In this document: positions 21,937 to 33,120 of the stretch, piece after piece
Position numbering within the stretch: position 1 is the first letter of the stretch
How the letters are laid out: the number at the start of each line of letters is the position of its first letter
Source of the DNA: Gemmatimonadales bacterium
Lineage (GTDB): Bacteria; Gemmatimonadota; Gemmatimonadetes; Gemmatimonadales; GWC2-71-9
Length of the DNA stretch: 64,000 nt
Assembly: GCA_041615815.1 (NCBI GenBank)
Contig: JBFJCP010000019.1
Span: 1-64,000 of the forward strand
Direction of reading: 5' to 3'
Made by a program: the position numbers and the translations under genes
The notes under the pieces: model-generated
The model's input: the letters and a program-made list of their open reading frames with translations, nothing else
What the model was told of the DNA's origin: nothing
Databases searched by the model: none

Positions 21937-22122
21937 ATGGCGGATATCAAAGTCCGCAAGAACGGCCCATACCTGGTGACCGGCGGTGTCACGTTGAAGG
22001 ACGCCGAGGGGAACCCCATCCACGCCGACGAGACGTTCGTGCTCTGTCGATGTGGCCACTCCAGCACGAAACCGTTCTGCGACGGCTCACATAAGCGGAT
22101 CGGATTCGACGACGAAGCATGA
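21937..22122 (+). CDS. CDGSH iron-sulfur domain protein
   Basis: NGPY and CRCGHSSTKPFCDGSH; RBS GGAGG. Confidence 0.92.
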   Translation: MADIKVRKNGPYLVTGGVTLKDAEGNPIHADETFVLCRCGHSSTKPFCDGSHKRIGFDDEA

Positions 22123-23234
22123 AACGAGTCATTCGAAAAATCGCCGACCGCGACAACCTGCGCCTGATCCCGGGATTAGGGCACTTTTCGAAACGGAAAT
22201 CAGGATTGGCACCGGGCACTCTGGTGCACGTGGGCGAAGAGCGCACGGAGCCAGTCCGGATCACGGTCCTTGATTATGACCAGGATCGAGTGGAGGAGTT
22301 GGAGTTCGAGCGTATCGAGGACTGCTTTCGATTCCGCGACACGCCCTCGGTTACGTGGATCAACGTGGACGGGGTACACGACGTAGACGTGGTAGCCAGG
22401 CTCGGAGAGCACTTTGGCTTGCACGCACTTCTCCTGGAAGACGTGGTGCATACCGATCAGCGCCCCAAGGTGGAGGACTTCGTCGACAGCGTGTACATCG
22501 TGTTACGCATGCTCTTTTTCCAGGATCACGAGCGGGCCAGACTCGAGAACGAGCAGATCAGTATCGTGCTTGGCGCCAAGACCGTCATCACATTTCAGGA
22601 GCGAGCGGGTGACGTGTTCAACCCCATCCGGAAGCGAATTCGCGACGGACGGGGCCAGATTCGGCAGCTCGGGGCGGACTACCTCGCCTATTCCCTCATC
22701 GACGTGGTGGTGGACAATTACTTTGGGGTGCTGGAGCAGTTGGGTGACGAAATAGAGGAAGTGGAAGTCGAGCTTATGGAGCGGCCCACGCCCGATGTCC
22801 TGAGAGTGATTCAACGTCTGAAGCGAACCACCATTGGCGTACGGCGCGCGGTGTGGCCCCTTCGAGAAGTCATCAACGTGATCCTCCGTGGCGATATCCA
22901 GCTGTTTTCGCAACCGACCCAGGTCTTCCTGCGCGATGTGTACGACCACACGGTGCGGGTCGTGGATATCGCAGAGACGTTCCGCGAGATGGTGGGAGGG
23001 ATGCTCGATATCTATCTGTCGCAGGTAAGCAACCGCATGAACGAGACCATGAAGGTGCTGACCGTCATTGCGACGATCTTCATCCCGCTGACGTTCATCG
23101 CCGGCGTCTACGGCATGAACTTCGACAATATGCCGGAGCTGCACTGGCGGTACGGCTACTGGTACGTCTGGGGGGTCATGGCGCTGGCAGGGATCCTGCT
23201 CGTGCTCCTGTTCCGTCGCAAACACTGGCTCTGA
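22119..23234 (+). CDS. corA: Magnesium/cobalt transporter CorA
   Basis: QRPK, YGMNF and MPEL motifs; two C-terminal TM helices. Confidence 0.95.
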   Translation: MKRVIRKIADRDNLRLIPGLGHFSKRKSGLAPGTLVHVGEERTEPVRITVLDYDQDRVEELEFERIEDCFRFRDTPSVTWINVDGVHDVDVVARLGEHFGLHALLLEDVVHTDQRPKVEDFVDSVYIVLRMLFFQDHERARLENEQISIVLGAKTVITFQERAGDVFNPIRKRIRDGRGQIRQLGADYLAYSLIDVVVDNYFGVLEQLGDEIEEVEVELMERPTPDVLRVIQRLKRTTIGVRRAVWPLREVINVILRGDIQLFSQPTQVFLRDVYDHTVRVVDIAETFREMVGGMLDIYLSQVSNRMNETMKVLTVIATIFIPLTFIAGVYGMNFDNMPELHWRYGYWYVWGVMALAGILLVLLFRRKHWL

Positions 23235-23328
23235 CGGCGTTGCCCCGGCGCGTGGCTCCGGGTACCTTCCGGGCCCGGGACGGCGTCGTTTTTAAGAGTC
23301 GTAAATTCCAAATTCACATGAGGTTGCA

Positions 23329-24075
23329 GTGAAGATAGCCGTGTGTGTGAAGCGGGTTCCGGATTCCGAGACCCGAATCAGGGTGGCCGCGGATGGCCGG
23401 TCTATGGAGCCGAGCGGCGTCAAGTTCGTGTTGAATCCGTACGATGAGTTCGCGGTCGAAGAGGCACTACAGCGCAAAGGGGACGAAGGCGAGGTGGTGG
23501 TGGTGTCGCTTGGCGATGACGCGGTGCAAGAGACCATCCGAACCGCCTTGGCCATGGGCGCGGATCGTGGGGTCTTGCTCAAGACGGATGGGGTCCCGCC
23601 GGATCCTCTGGTCACGGCTCGGCTGCTGGCTGCAGAGCTGGAAGGCGGAGATTACGACCTCATTCTGTTCGGCAAGCTGGCCATCGACGACTACCACCAC
23701 GGTGTGGGACTCATGGTCGCCGAGCTTCTCGGGCTTCCCTGTGTCAGCTCGATCGTCCATCTAGACCTGAGTAATGGCAAAGGGGTGGCCGAGCGGGAGA
23801 TTGAGGGTGGGGTCGAGGTTGTCGAGTTCTCTCTGCCGGCTGTGCTCACAGCGGACAAGGGGTTAAACGAGCCGCGGTATCCGGCGCTCAGGGGAATCAT
23901 GATGGCTAAGAAGAAACCCTTGGAAGTCAAAGCGGCGAACGCAGAGAGCGGGGGAATGGAGATTGTCGAGATGACGTTGCCGCCGGAGCGGCAAGGAGGC
24001 CGGATCGTGGGCGAGGGTCCTGACGCGGTTCCTTCCTTGATCGACGCGCTCCGCAACGAAGCGAAGGTGCTCTGA
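23329..24075 (+). CDS. etfB: Electron transfer flavoprotein beta subunit
   Basis: VCVKRVPD, NPYDEFAVE and NEPRY motifs. Confidence 0.95.
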   Translation: MKIAVCVKRVPDSETRIRVAADGRSMEPSGVKFVLNPYDEFAVEEALQRKGDEGEVVVVSLGDDAVQETIRTALAMGADRGVLLKTDGVPPDPLVTARLLAAELEGGDYDLILFGKLAIDDYHHGVGLMVAELLGLPCVSSIVHLDLSNGKGVAEREIEGGVEVVEFSLPAVLTADKGLNEPRYPALRGIMMAKKKPLEVKAANAESGGMEIVEMTLPPERQGGRIVGEGPDAVPSLIDALRNEAKVL

Positions 24076-25040
24076 TGGCGGATATCCTCGTCGTTCTCGA
24101 GCAGCGAGATGGGATGCTGAAGCGCGTCGCACATGAAGCACTCGCGGCGGCGCGGAGTCTCGTCGACGCCCAGGGTGGTGAGGTGCACGGACTCGTGGTG
24201 GGACCGCCGGGAGTCGCGACCGATGGCTTGGGCGACGCCGGCGCGGACAAGGTGTTCGTCGTCGCGGCCGATGACCTGCAGCTCTATCAAGCGGATCCGT
24301 ATGCGCGGATCGTGGCCGAGCGGGCGGCCACGGGTGCATATGACACAGTGCTCCTGTCGGCGACGGCGATGGGCAAGGATCTTGGACCCCGTCTAGCCGC
24401 GCGATTGCGATGCCCGCTCGCGACCGACGTAACCGCGGTCGCTGTGGACGGCGACTTGGTCGTGACACGGCCTGTCTATGCCGGCAAGGCCGTCTGCCAG
24501 GTGAAGATTACGCAGCGGCCCTGCGTCATCTCGGTCCGGCCCAACGTCTTTGCGCCGGTCCAATCCGGCCGGGCGGCCACGCTGGAAACAGTGGACGTGG
24601 AGTCTGGAGAGGTGCGAGCCAAGACCGTCCGTGTCAAAGAGCCGGAAAAGGCGACGCTGGATGTGGCCGAGGCGTCGATCGTCGTGAGCGGGGGCCGAGG
24701 GCTCAAAGGACCCGAGAACTTCCATTTGATCGAAGAACTGGCCGAAATGCTCGGCGGTGCGCCTGGGGCATCGCGCGCCGTGGTCGACGCCGGTTGGCGG
24801 CCGCACGCCGAACAGGTGGGCCAGACCGGGAAGACGGTGAGTCCCACCTTATACGTGGCCGTCGGGATTTCCGGCGCCATCCAGCATCTGGCCGGGATGC
24901 GAACATCGAAGGTCATCGTGGCGATCAACCGCGACAAGGACGCGCCGATCTTCAAAGTCGCAGACTACGGCGTGGTTGGTGATCTGTTTGAAGTGGTCCC
25001 ACGACTGATCGACGAACTCAAGAAGCTCCGCGGGAACTGA
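24075..25040 (+). CDS. etfA: Electron transfer flavoprotein alpha subunit
   Basis: VSGGRG, QVGQTGK and GISGAIQH motifs. Confidence 0.95.
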   Translation: MADILVVLEQRDGMLKRVAHEALAAARSLVDAQGGEVHGLVVGPPGVATDGLGDAGADKVFVVAADDLQLYQADPYARIVAERAATGAYDTVLLSATAMGKDLGPRLAARLRCPLATDVTAVAVDGDLVVTRPVYAGKAVCQVKITQRPCVISVRPNVFAPVQSGRAATLETVDVESGEVRAKTVRVKEPEKATLDVAEASIVVSGGRGLKGPENFHLIEELAEMLGGAPGASRAVVDAGWRPHAEQVGQTGKTVSPTLYVAVGISGAIQHLAGMRTSKVIVAINRDKDAPIFKVADYGVVGDLFEVVPRLIDELKKLRGN

Positions 25041-25044
25041 ACGC

Positions 25045-26703
25045 ATGTCTGGCGATCTGCTGCCCGCCAACTCCCAACCGCCACTTCCCCAGCACCGGCT
25101 CATCGTCGCTGAGCCGCCCGGCGATGAACGTATCGAGATGGACGTCCTATTCGTCGGTGGGGGGCCGGCAGGGCTCGCAGGAGCGATCCACCTGGCGCAA
25201 TTGGTCCGACGGGACCAGGAAGCGGGAGGGGACCTCGGGGAGATCTCGATCGGCGTCCTCGAAAAAGCCGGAGCCTTGGGAGAGCACTGTCTCTCAGGCG
25301 CGGTGGTGAACCCCCTTCCGTTTCGCGAGCTCTTTCCGGATCTCGGTGATGAGGACTTCCCCTTCCGTGCGCCGGTTCGTAAGGAGGCCGTCTACCTGCT
25401 GACGGGATCGCGCGCGTTACGGATTCCGACCCCTCCGCCGATGCACAACAAAGGCAACTTCATTGCATCGATCTGTGAAATCGTGCGCTGGCTGGGGGAG
25501 CGAGCGGAAGGCGTGGGGGTGGACATCTTCGCGGGGTTTCCCGCCGATGCGCTCCTCGTGGAGGGAAACCGCGTGCTGGGCGTTCGGACCACACCTTCCG
25601 GTCTCAATCGCGACGGTAGTCAGTTATCCAACTACATGCCCCCGGCCGACGTCACAGCCAAGGTCACGGCATTGGCCGAGGGCACCCGCGGATCATTGAC
25701 GCAGGCGTACCTGCAGTGGCAAAGCATCGCGTCGTCCAACCCGCAGATCTACGCGCTCGGCGTAAAGGAGCTTTGGGAGACCAAGCAGCCAATCGACTCC
25801 GTCATCCATACGCTTGGATGGCCGCTTCCAAGAGATGCATTTGGCGGGAGCTTCCTGTACCCTCTCGAGCCCAACGTTGCGGCGTTGGGGCTCGTGGTGG
25901 GCTTGGATCATCCGTACCGCGATCTCGACGTCCATGCGCTCCTTCAAGAGATGAAGACCCACACGCTGTTCCGCCGTCGCCTGGAGGGTGGAGAAATGGT
26001 GGAGTGGGGGGCGAAGACCATTCCGGAAGGCGGCTGGTTTGCGCTGCCCAAGCGACGTCACGGTGACGGTGTGCTGATGCTGGGTGATGCCGCCGGCTTT
26101 GTGGAAGTCGCATCGTTGAAGGGGATTCACTACGCCATGTACTCGGGAATGCTCGCCGCGCGGGCCATCTTCCGAGCGCTGAAGCTTGGCGACACCAGCG
26201 CCGCTTCTCTCGCGGAGTACGACCGGTTGGTCGATGCGTCGTACATCCGGACGGATCTGTATCGCAGACGGAACATGAGGCTCGCGTTCAAAGACGGGTT
26301 CTACGTTGGTGGATTCAAGGCGGGGCTCATGACCGTGACGGGTGGACGTTTTCCCGGTGGCCGAATCGCCATGGACAGCGATGCTCAGGTCCGGCGCTAC
26401 CGCGAGTTGGCTTCCACCGTGAACGCGGATGGCACCCTGACGGTCAGCAAGGTGGACGCGGTGTTCAAGTCCGGGAACGCGACGCGTGATACGATCCCGT
26501 CCCACCTGGTGGTGGGTCAAGACGTGGATGCGGACACCGCGAGCTTCTACAGTCATCTCTGCCCTGCCGGTGTCTACGAGGTGGTGGACGGTCAGCTGCG
26601 GGTCAACGCGCCCAACTGCGTCGACTGCAAGGCAACCGACGTGCTGGGACCCCGCTGGACTCCTCGGGAGGGGGGCTCGGGTCCCGCGTACAAACGGATG
26701 TGA
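25045..26703 (+). CDS. ETF:quinone oxidoreductase
   Basis: GGGPAG, GH.LSGA-like, GVKELW, IPEGG, KGIH and C-terminal CPAGVY ferredoxin segment. Confidence 0.92.
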   Translation: MSGDLLPANSQPPLPQHRLIVAEPPGDERIEMDVLFVGGGPAGLAGAIHLAQLVRRDQEAGGDLGEISIGVLEKAGALGEHCLSGAVVNPLPFRELFPDLGDEDFPFRAPVRKEAVYLLTGSRALRIPTPPPMHNKGNFIASICEIVRWLGERAEGVGVDIFAGFPADALLVEGNRVLGVRTTPSGLNRDGSQLSNYMPPADVTAKVTALAEGTRGSLTQAYLQWQSIASSNPQIYALGVKELWETKQPIDSVIHTLGWPLPRDAFGGSFLYPLEPNVAALGLVVGLDHPYRDLDVHALLQEMKTHTLFRRRLEGGEMVEWGAKTIPEGGWFALPKRRHGDGVLMLGDAAGFVEVASLKGIHYAMYSGMLAARAIFRALKLGDTSAASLAEYDRLVDASYIRTDLYRRRNMRLAFKDGFYVGGFKAGLMTVTGGRFPGGRIAMDSDAQVRRYRELASTVNADGTLTVSKVDAVFKSGNATRDTIPSHLVVGQDVDADTASFYSHLCPAGVYEVVDGQLRVNAPNCVDCKATDVLGPRWTPREGGSGPAYKRM

Positions 26704-26784
26704 CGTAGCCCGTCGCATGGCGGGGTGCAAGCCAGCGAAACCCGATGGGCCTTTGGCGCTGTTGTTGGGAGAAGCAGGAATGAA

Positions 26785-26859
26785 GTGACGATGGAACCCT
26801 TCCGTGTGGCCATCATTGCGGTACTCGTCGGGTTGTTTTCGTGGGTCGACCAGCCGTAG
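26785..26859 (+). CDS. Putative 22-24 aa single-TM small protein
   Basis: (MT)MEPFRVAIIAVLVGLFSWVDQP; AGGA at 26776-26779; lies in otherwise empty intergenic gap. Confidence 0.3.
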   Translation: MTMEPFRVAIIAVLVGLFSWVDQP

Positions 26860-26937
26860 GGCAGCAAGGCGAGCGGCGTTGTGCTGATCTGGACGCAGGA
26901 CGGCAGTCGGTAGCGGCCCGGCCGTGTCCCGTTGCGA

Positions 26938-28182
26938 TTAGAAGGGCGGCTCCTCCACGTACCGTGACTCTCCCAACAAGATGGCATCGAGGGTTTCCCC
27001 CGGCGCGATTTCCTCACGATCCTCCGGCACGATGAGCAGCGCGTCAGCCTTGGTCATCGATGTCAGAATCCCCGAGCCCTGCGGTCCTGTGAGATACGCG
27101 GCCGGGATACCGTTATTCTCATCTTGGAGTCGCACGCGGACGAAATGCCGCAGGCGTCCAGGTGTGTGAATGGGCTCGGCCACGCGCACGTGCGTCGTTT
27201 GCCGATAGGGGCGGGCGTGTCCCAGCATCCGACGGATGGCGGGACGCACGAATAGCTCGAAGGTGACCATGGTGCTCACCGGGTTGCCCGGCAGGCCGAT
27301 CCACGGTAGTCCGCGCACGAACCCGAAGCCGACCGGGGCGCCAGGTCGCATCGCCACCCGCCAGAATCGGAGATCCAATCCCATGTCCTCTAGGGAGCCC
27401 CGAAGGTAGTCGTGCTCCCCCACGCTCACCGCGCCGGAGGTGACGAGCAGGTCCGCGGTCGATGCCCGCCCCACCCGTCGCCGCAAGTCGTCCGGCTCGT
27501 CACGGGCGATGCCAAGGTTGATGGGCTCTGCACCCGTCTGACGCACATTGCCGAAGAGGGTGTAGGTGTTGGAGGAGGCAATCTTTTTTCCGCTCAAGAT
27601 CGCTTCCCGATCGTCGAGATCGGCGATCTCGTTCCCGGTCGTGAGGATCGCGACCCGGGGTTTTCGGTAGACGTAGACCTCGCTTGCCGCCACGGACGCG
27701 AGGACGCCGAGCTCAGCCGGGCCAAGCGGAGTTCCGCTTTCCAGCACCGTTCCCCCGCGCGCGATATCCTCCCCCCTCTTGCGCACGTTGCGGCCAAGGT
27801 CGCGAAGATCGTCGATTCGCACCTGGCGTTCGCCGGTGGTGGTTGTGTCCTCCTGACGAACCACCATATCGGCACCCTTCGGAAGCGGCGCACCGGTGAA
27901 GATGCGCGCACATTCGCCCGCACCGATCGTCCGGGAGGGAAACGAGCCCGCCGGAATCTCCTCCACCACTTTGAGTTCGATCGGATTCGCTCTTGTCTCG
28001 AGGTCGGCTGCCCGCACGGCGTATCCATCCATGGCGGAGTTGTCCCAGTGCGGCAGATTGATCGGGCTCTGCACCGCAGATACGAGCACGCGCCCGAGGG
28101 CTTCTGAAAGCGGGATGCACTCTACGGGAAGCGTATCGATCTCTTCGAGGATTGCGCGGGCAGCTTGGGATGGCGTGTGCAT
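26938..28182 (-). CDS. moeA: Molybdopterin molybdotransferase
   Basis: SAMDGYA, RIFTGAP, TSGAVSVG and LPGNPVS motifs. Confidence 0.95.
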   Translation of the reverse strand: MHTPSQAARAILEEIDTLPVECIPLSEALGRVLVSAVQSPINLPHWDNSAMDGYAVRAADLETRANPIELKVVEEIPAGSFPSRTIGAGECARIFTGAPLPKGADMVVRQEDTTTTGERQVRIDDLRDLGRNVRKRGEDIARGGTVLESGTPLGPAELGVLASVAASEVYVYRKPRVAILTTGNEIADLDDREAILSGKKIASSNTYTLFGNVRQTGAEPINLGIARDEPDDLRRRVGRASTADLLVTSGAVSVGEHDYLRGSLEDMGLDLRFWRVAMRPGAPVGFGFVRGLPWIGLPGNPVSTMVTFELFVRPAIRRMLGHARPYRQTTHVRVAEPIHTPGRLRHFVRVRLQDENNGIPAAYLTGPQGSGILTSMTKADALLIVPEDREEIAPGETLDAILLGESRYVEEPPF

Positions 28183-28187
28183 GGACG

Positions 28188-28796
28188 TTAGATGTGCTGG
28201 GCGCGCCAGATCTCCTCAGCACGCGCAAGGTCTTCCTCGGTGTTGACGTTGAAAAACAAGGTCTCCGGATCGCCGTGGCGCGAGACCTCCTCGGGAGAGA
28301 GGGTCCCGACCGTGACCTGCTCGTGAAAGCCGGTAGCGCGGTAATCCTCGTTCGCTAGTTGTTCCCGGATGGCGGTCGTGCAGCCCGGCCCGTAGACCGC
28401 GCACATCGGTTCCACTCCGTGAGGGCCGGCGCTCGCCGGAACGAGCACATCGACGTCATCGGCACCGCGGGCGAGCGTCGACAACAGCTCCGAGGACACG
28501 AACGGCATGTCCCACGCGACCACCAAGACCGGACCAGCGGCCGCCGAGAGCGCCGTATAGATCCCGCCGAGGCTTCCACAGCCTTCGAGTAGATCCTTCC
28601 GGACCTCAAGATCCGCAATCCAGCTTTCCGCCGTGGGATCGTTGGCGACGAGCAGAGGGGGTGACCCAAGTGCTGCGCGCATGACCTGCGCGACGCGGTC
28701 GATGATCCGCTCACCGCCGACCCGCGCGAGGCCTTTGGGGCGACCCCCGAATCGACTGGCCATTCCCCCAGCCAGGATGGCACCGCGAACGCTCAT
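28188..28796 (-). CDS. mobA: Molybdenum cofactor guanylyltransferase
   Basis: ILAGG.ASRFG, DMPF and FNVNT motifs. Confidence 0.92.
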   Translation of the reverse strand: MSVRGAILAGGMASRFGGRPKGLARVGGERIIDRVAQVMRAALGSPPLLVANDPTAESWIADLEVRKDLLEGCGSLGGIYTALSAAAGPVLVVAWDMPFVSSELLSTLARGADDVDVLVPASAGPHGVEPMCAVYGPGCTTAIREQLANEDYRATGFHEQVTVGTLSPEEVSRHGDPETLFFNVNTEEDLARAEEIWRAQHI

Positions 28797-28838
28797 CGAG
28801 ACGTTACCGACCCTCGTACGAATGGATCTGCGCGATGG

Positions 28839-29273
28839 TCACGTGGATTCATGGGAGCCGTCGTACTCGACGTAGAGATTGGGGTCCTCCTGAATACGTA
28901 CGCGATGGAGATGCACGCCTTTGGGAAGACGTCCCACCACGCGCTTCCAAATGTAGACGGCGAGCGCCTCACCGGTGGGGATCTGCTGGCCATCGGCGAA
29001 CTCTGGGACGGCGTAGTTCAGGTGGCGATGGTCGAATCGTTCGAACACCTCTTCGCGCAGTATCCCGTCCAGTTGGGTCAGGTTGATCACCATTGCCGTC
29101 TCGGCGTCGAGAGGGCCCGCTACGGTCACGTGACAGGTGTAGTTATGTCCGTGCCCGTGCTCGTTGGCGCACGGCCCGAACACCTCTTGGTTGCGCGCCG
29201 CAGACCACTCGGGACGGTGATACCGGTGCGCGGCACTGAAGCGTACCACACGAGTCAGAAACACTTGAGACAT
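28839..29273 (-). CDS. 6-pyruvoyl/6-carboxy-tetrahydropterin synthase (PTPS/QueD family)
   Basis: FSAAH, CANEHGHGHNY, DHRHLN and PTGE motifs. Confidence 0.9.
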   Translation of the reverse strand: MSQVFLTRVVRFSAAHRYHRPEWSAARNQEVFGPCANEHGHGHNYTCHVTVAGPLDAETAMVINLTQLDGILREEVFERFDHRHLNYAVPEFADGQQIPTGEALAVYIWKRVVGRLPKGVHLHRVRIQEDPNLYVEYDGSHEST

Positions 29274-29387
29274 GCTCGCAATGTAGCCGGAGATCAACGC
29301 ACCCGCAGGGCCGCAGGCGTCGGCTCTTGCGGAGACTCGTGAGGGTTCGGCCGACCAGCGGTGAGCGCGACGAACGAGGCCACGAGC

Positions 29388-30101
29388 CTACAACCGAAGC
29401 GCGTAGCCTAGCGAGAAAGTGAGGACCAGATGGTGGGTCCAATCCGTATCGCTGCTCGTGAGGGGGTCGAGCACCGGCGCCCCGTCGGGATCGGCCACGG
29501 GCGGCTGGAAAAAGAGATCCGGATAACGGAGGCGCCAGATGACGTCTCGCGCTTCGAAGCGAAAGAGCAGCCGATCGCTCACGTGCCAGCGAGCTCCCGC
29601 CTGCGGCGCGACGATGAAATGCGTGTTGAACTCGAATGTGCTGGAGTCCTCGGGCACCTCACCGCCAAACGCCAGCCCCAGCGCCCCACCAATGTACGGA
29701 GCCAGCCGGCGCCAAGTCTTGCCCCCCGTCAAGACGAGATTGATGCCCGCGTCGGCCATGAGAACCTGCTGGTCAAACGTGCCGCGAGCACGCAACCCGG
29801 CGACCTGCGTTGGGTCGATCACGCGCCGGTCTAGGTCGGCCACGCCGAGCCGGATGTCGAGAGCCACCGGTCCGGAAAACAGAAACTCGTATCGACCCCC
29901 AACCACGACGCCGTCGCGGGGCCCGACCCCCGCCCGGCCCGCTTCGCCCTTGACGTAGCCACCCCACGCCGAGAAGACCTGTCGGGCCCGAACCTCGCGG
30001 TAGGGAGACGCGTCCGGTGGGTGACCCACTTGAGCGCTGGTTGCAGGCGGAAACGCGAGTGCGACCGCACACAGCGCGGCCGCGGTGAGCGCCCGTTGCA
30101 C
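29388..30101 (-). CDS. Hypothetical outer-membrane beta-barrel protein (alternative start 30140)
   Basis: Signal peptide; amphipathic beta pattern; PYIGG.LG; terminal LGY strand. Confidence 0.65.
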   Translation of the reverse strand: MQRALTAAALCAVALAFPPATSAQVGHPPDASPYREVRARQVFSAWGGYVKGEAGRAGVGPRDGVVVGGRYEFLFSGPVALDIRLGVADLDRRVIDPTQVAGLRARGTFDQQVLMADAGINLVLTGGKTWRRLAPYIGGALGLAFGGEVPEDSSTFEFNTHFIVAPQAGARWHVSDRLLFRFEARDVIWRLRYPDLFFQPPVADPDGAPVLDPLTSSDTDWTHHLVLTFSLGYALRL

Positions 30102-30143
30102 CGGCCGGCGGTGCGTCGTAGAATGCTCGATTGTGGTCATCGA

Positions 30144-31166
30144 ATGAGGCAATCTATCGAGCTCCTCCGGCCCCTACCACCCTCTCGCTGGGTGTGGTCG
30201 TTGGTGGCAGTGGTCGCCGTTGTGATCCCAGCGGTGCCCGCTTCGGCGCAGGACGCCTACCGGGTTCGACGGACGGAGAACTTTCGTAAGGATCCCTCCG
30301 CGGCGGGCGTGCTGCTCGCCACCATCTCCGAGGGGGTAACGCTGCAAGGTCGAGCCGATGCCAACGGATGGATCGAGGTGACGCTCGATGGGTGGATTTG
30401 GTCACGGTCGCTTTCCCCCACCAACCGCGAAGGGCACGACCGGGTCGTCGACGCGCGAGGGGGTGAGAATCTCAGAGCCTCCCCCAATGGACGTGTGCTT
30501 GCCAGGGTGGCCAACGGCTGCCTGCTCGATCACGTCGAGACCAGAGAAGGTTGGGTACGGGTACGCCGCACCGGGTGGATTTGGGGACGCTCGCTCGATG
30601 CGGTCCAGTCAACGGGATCGACCACGGCGTCTCCGGCTCCTGGGGCCGGCGCGACGTTGGATCAGGCCCTGACGGCCAACGACCTTGCGCTCCATCAGAG
30701 TCCGGACGGTCCCGAGGTGGGCAACCTCGGAGCCAACGCGCCGGTGCGCATCATGGCGCGGTCGGGCGATTGGGTGCGCGTCCAGACGGAGGGATGGGTA
30801 CGGAGGAGCGAGCTCAAGCCGGCCGCTTCGGAAGTTCGCGTGGGCGTCAGCGCCGCCGAGGTGCGTTCCCGTCCGCGAGAGTTCGAGGGTCAACTCGTTC
30901 AGTGGACCGTGCAGTACATTTCTATTCAACAGGCCGACGAGCTCCGCAAAGATATCCCGGCGGGGAGGAAGTACATCCTCGCCCGAGGCCCGCTTCCGGA
31001 AGCTGGCTTCGTGTATATCGTAGTCACGGACGAGCAGATTGCGGAGCTGGAGAAACTTCCACCGCTCACGTCCGTAGAGCTGGTAGGGCGCATCCGCGTT
31101 GGTCGATCCCAGTTCCTCGGCAACCCCATTCTCGACCTTGTGGAGATGGCGGTTCGCGACAGTTGA
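30144..31166 (+). CDS. Secreted protein with repeated SH3b-like domains
   Basis: Signal peptide ending ASA-Q; three repeats of GW/DW-x-x-V...GW[IV]. Confidence 0.7.
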   Translation: MRQSIELLRPLPPSRWVWSLVAVVAVVIPAVPASAQDAYRVRRTENFRKDPSAAGVLLATISEGVTLQGRADANGWIEVTLDGWIWSRSLSPTNREGHDRVVDARGGENLRASPNGRVLARVANGCLLDHVETREGWVRVRRTGWIWGRSLDAVQSTGSTTASPAPGAGATLDQALTANDLALHQSPDGPEVGNLGANAPVRIMARSGDWVRVQTEGWVRRSELKPAASEVRVGVSAAEVRSRPREFEGQLVQWTVQYISIQQADELRKDIPAGRKYILARGPLPEAGFVYIVVTDEQIAELEKLPPLTSVELVGRIRVGRSQFLGNPILDLVEMAVRDS

Positions 31167-31174
31167 GGTCATGC

Positions 31175-33117
<1,943 letters not shown>

Positions 33118-33120
33118 GCG

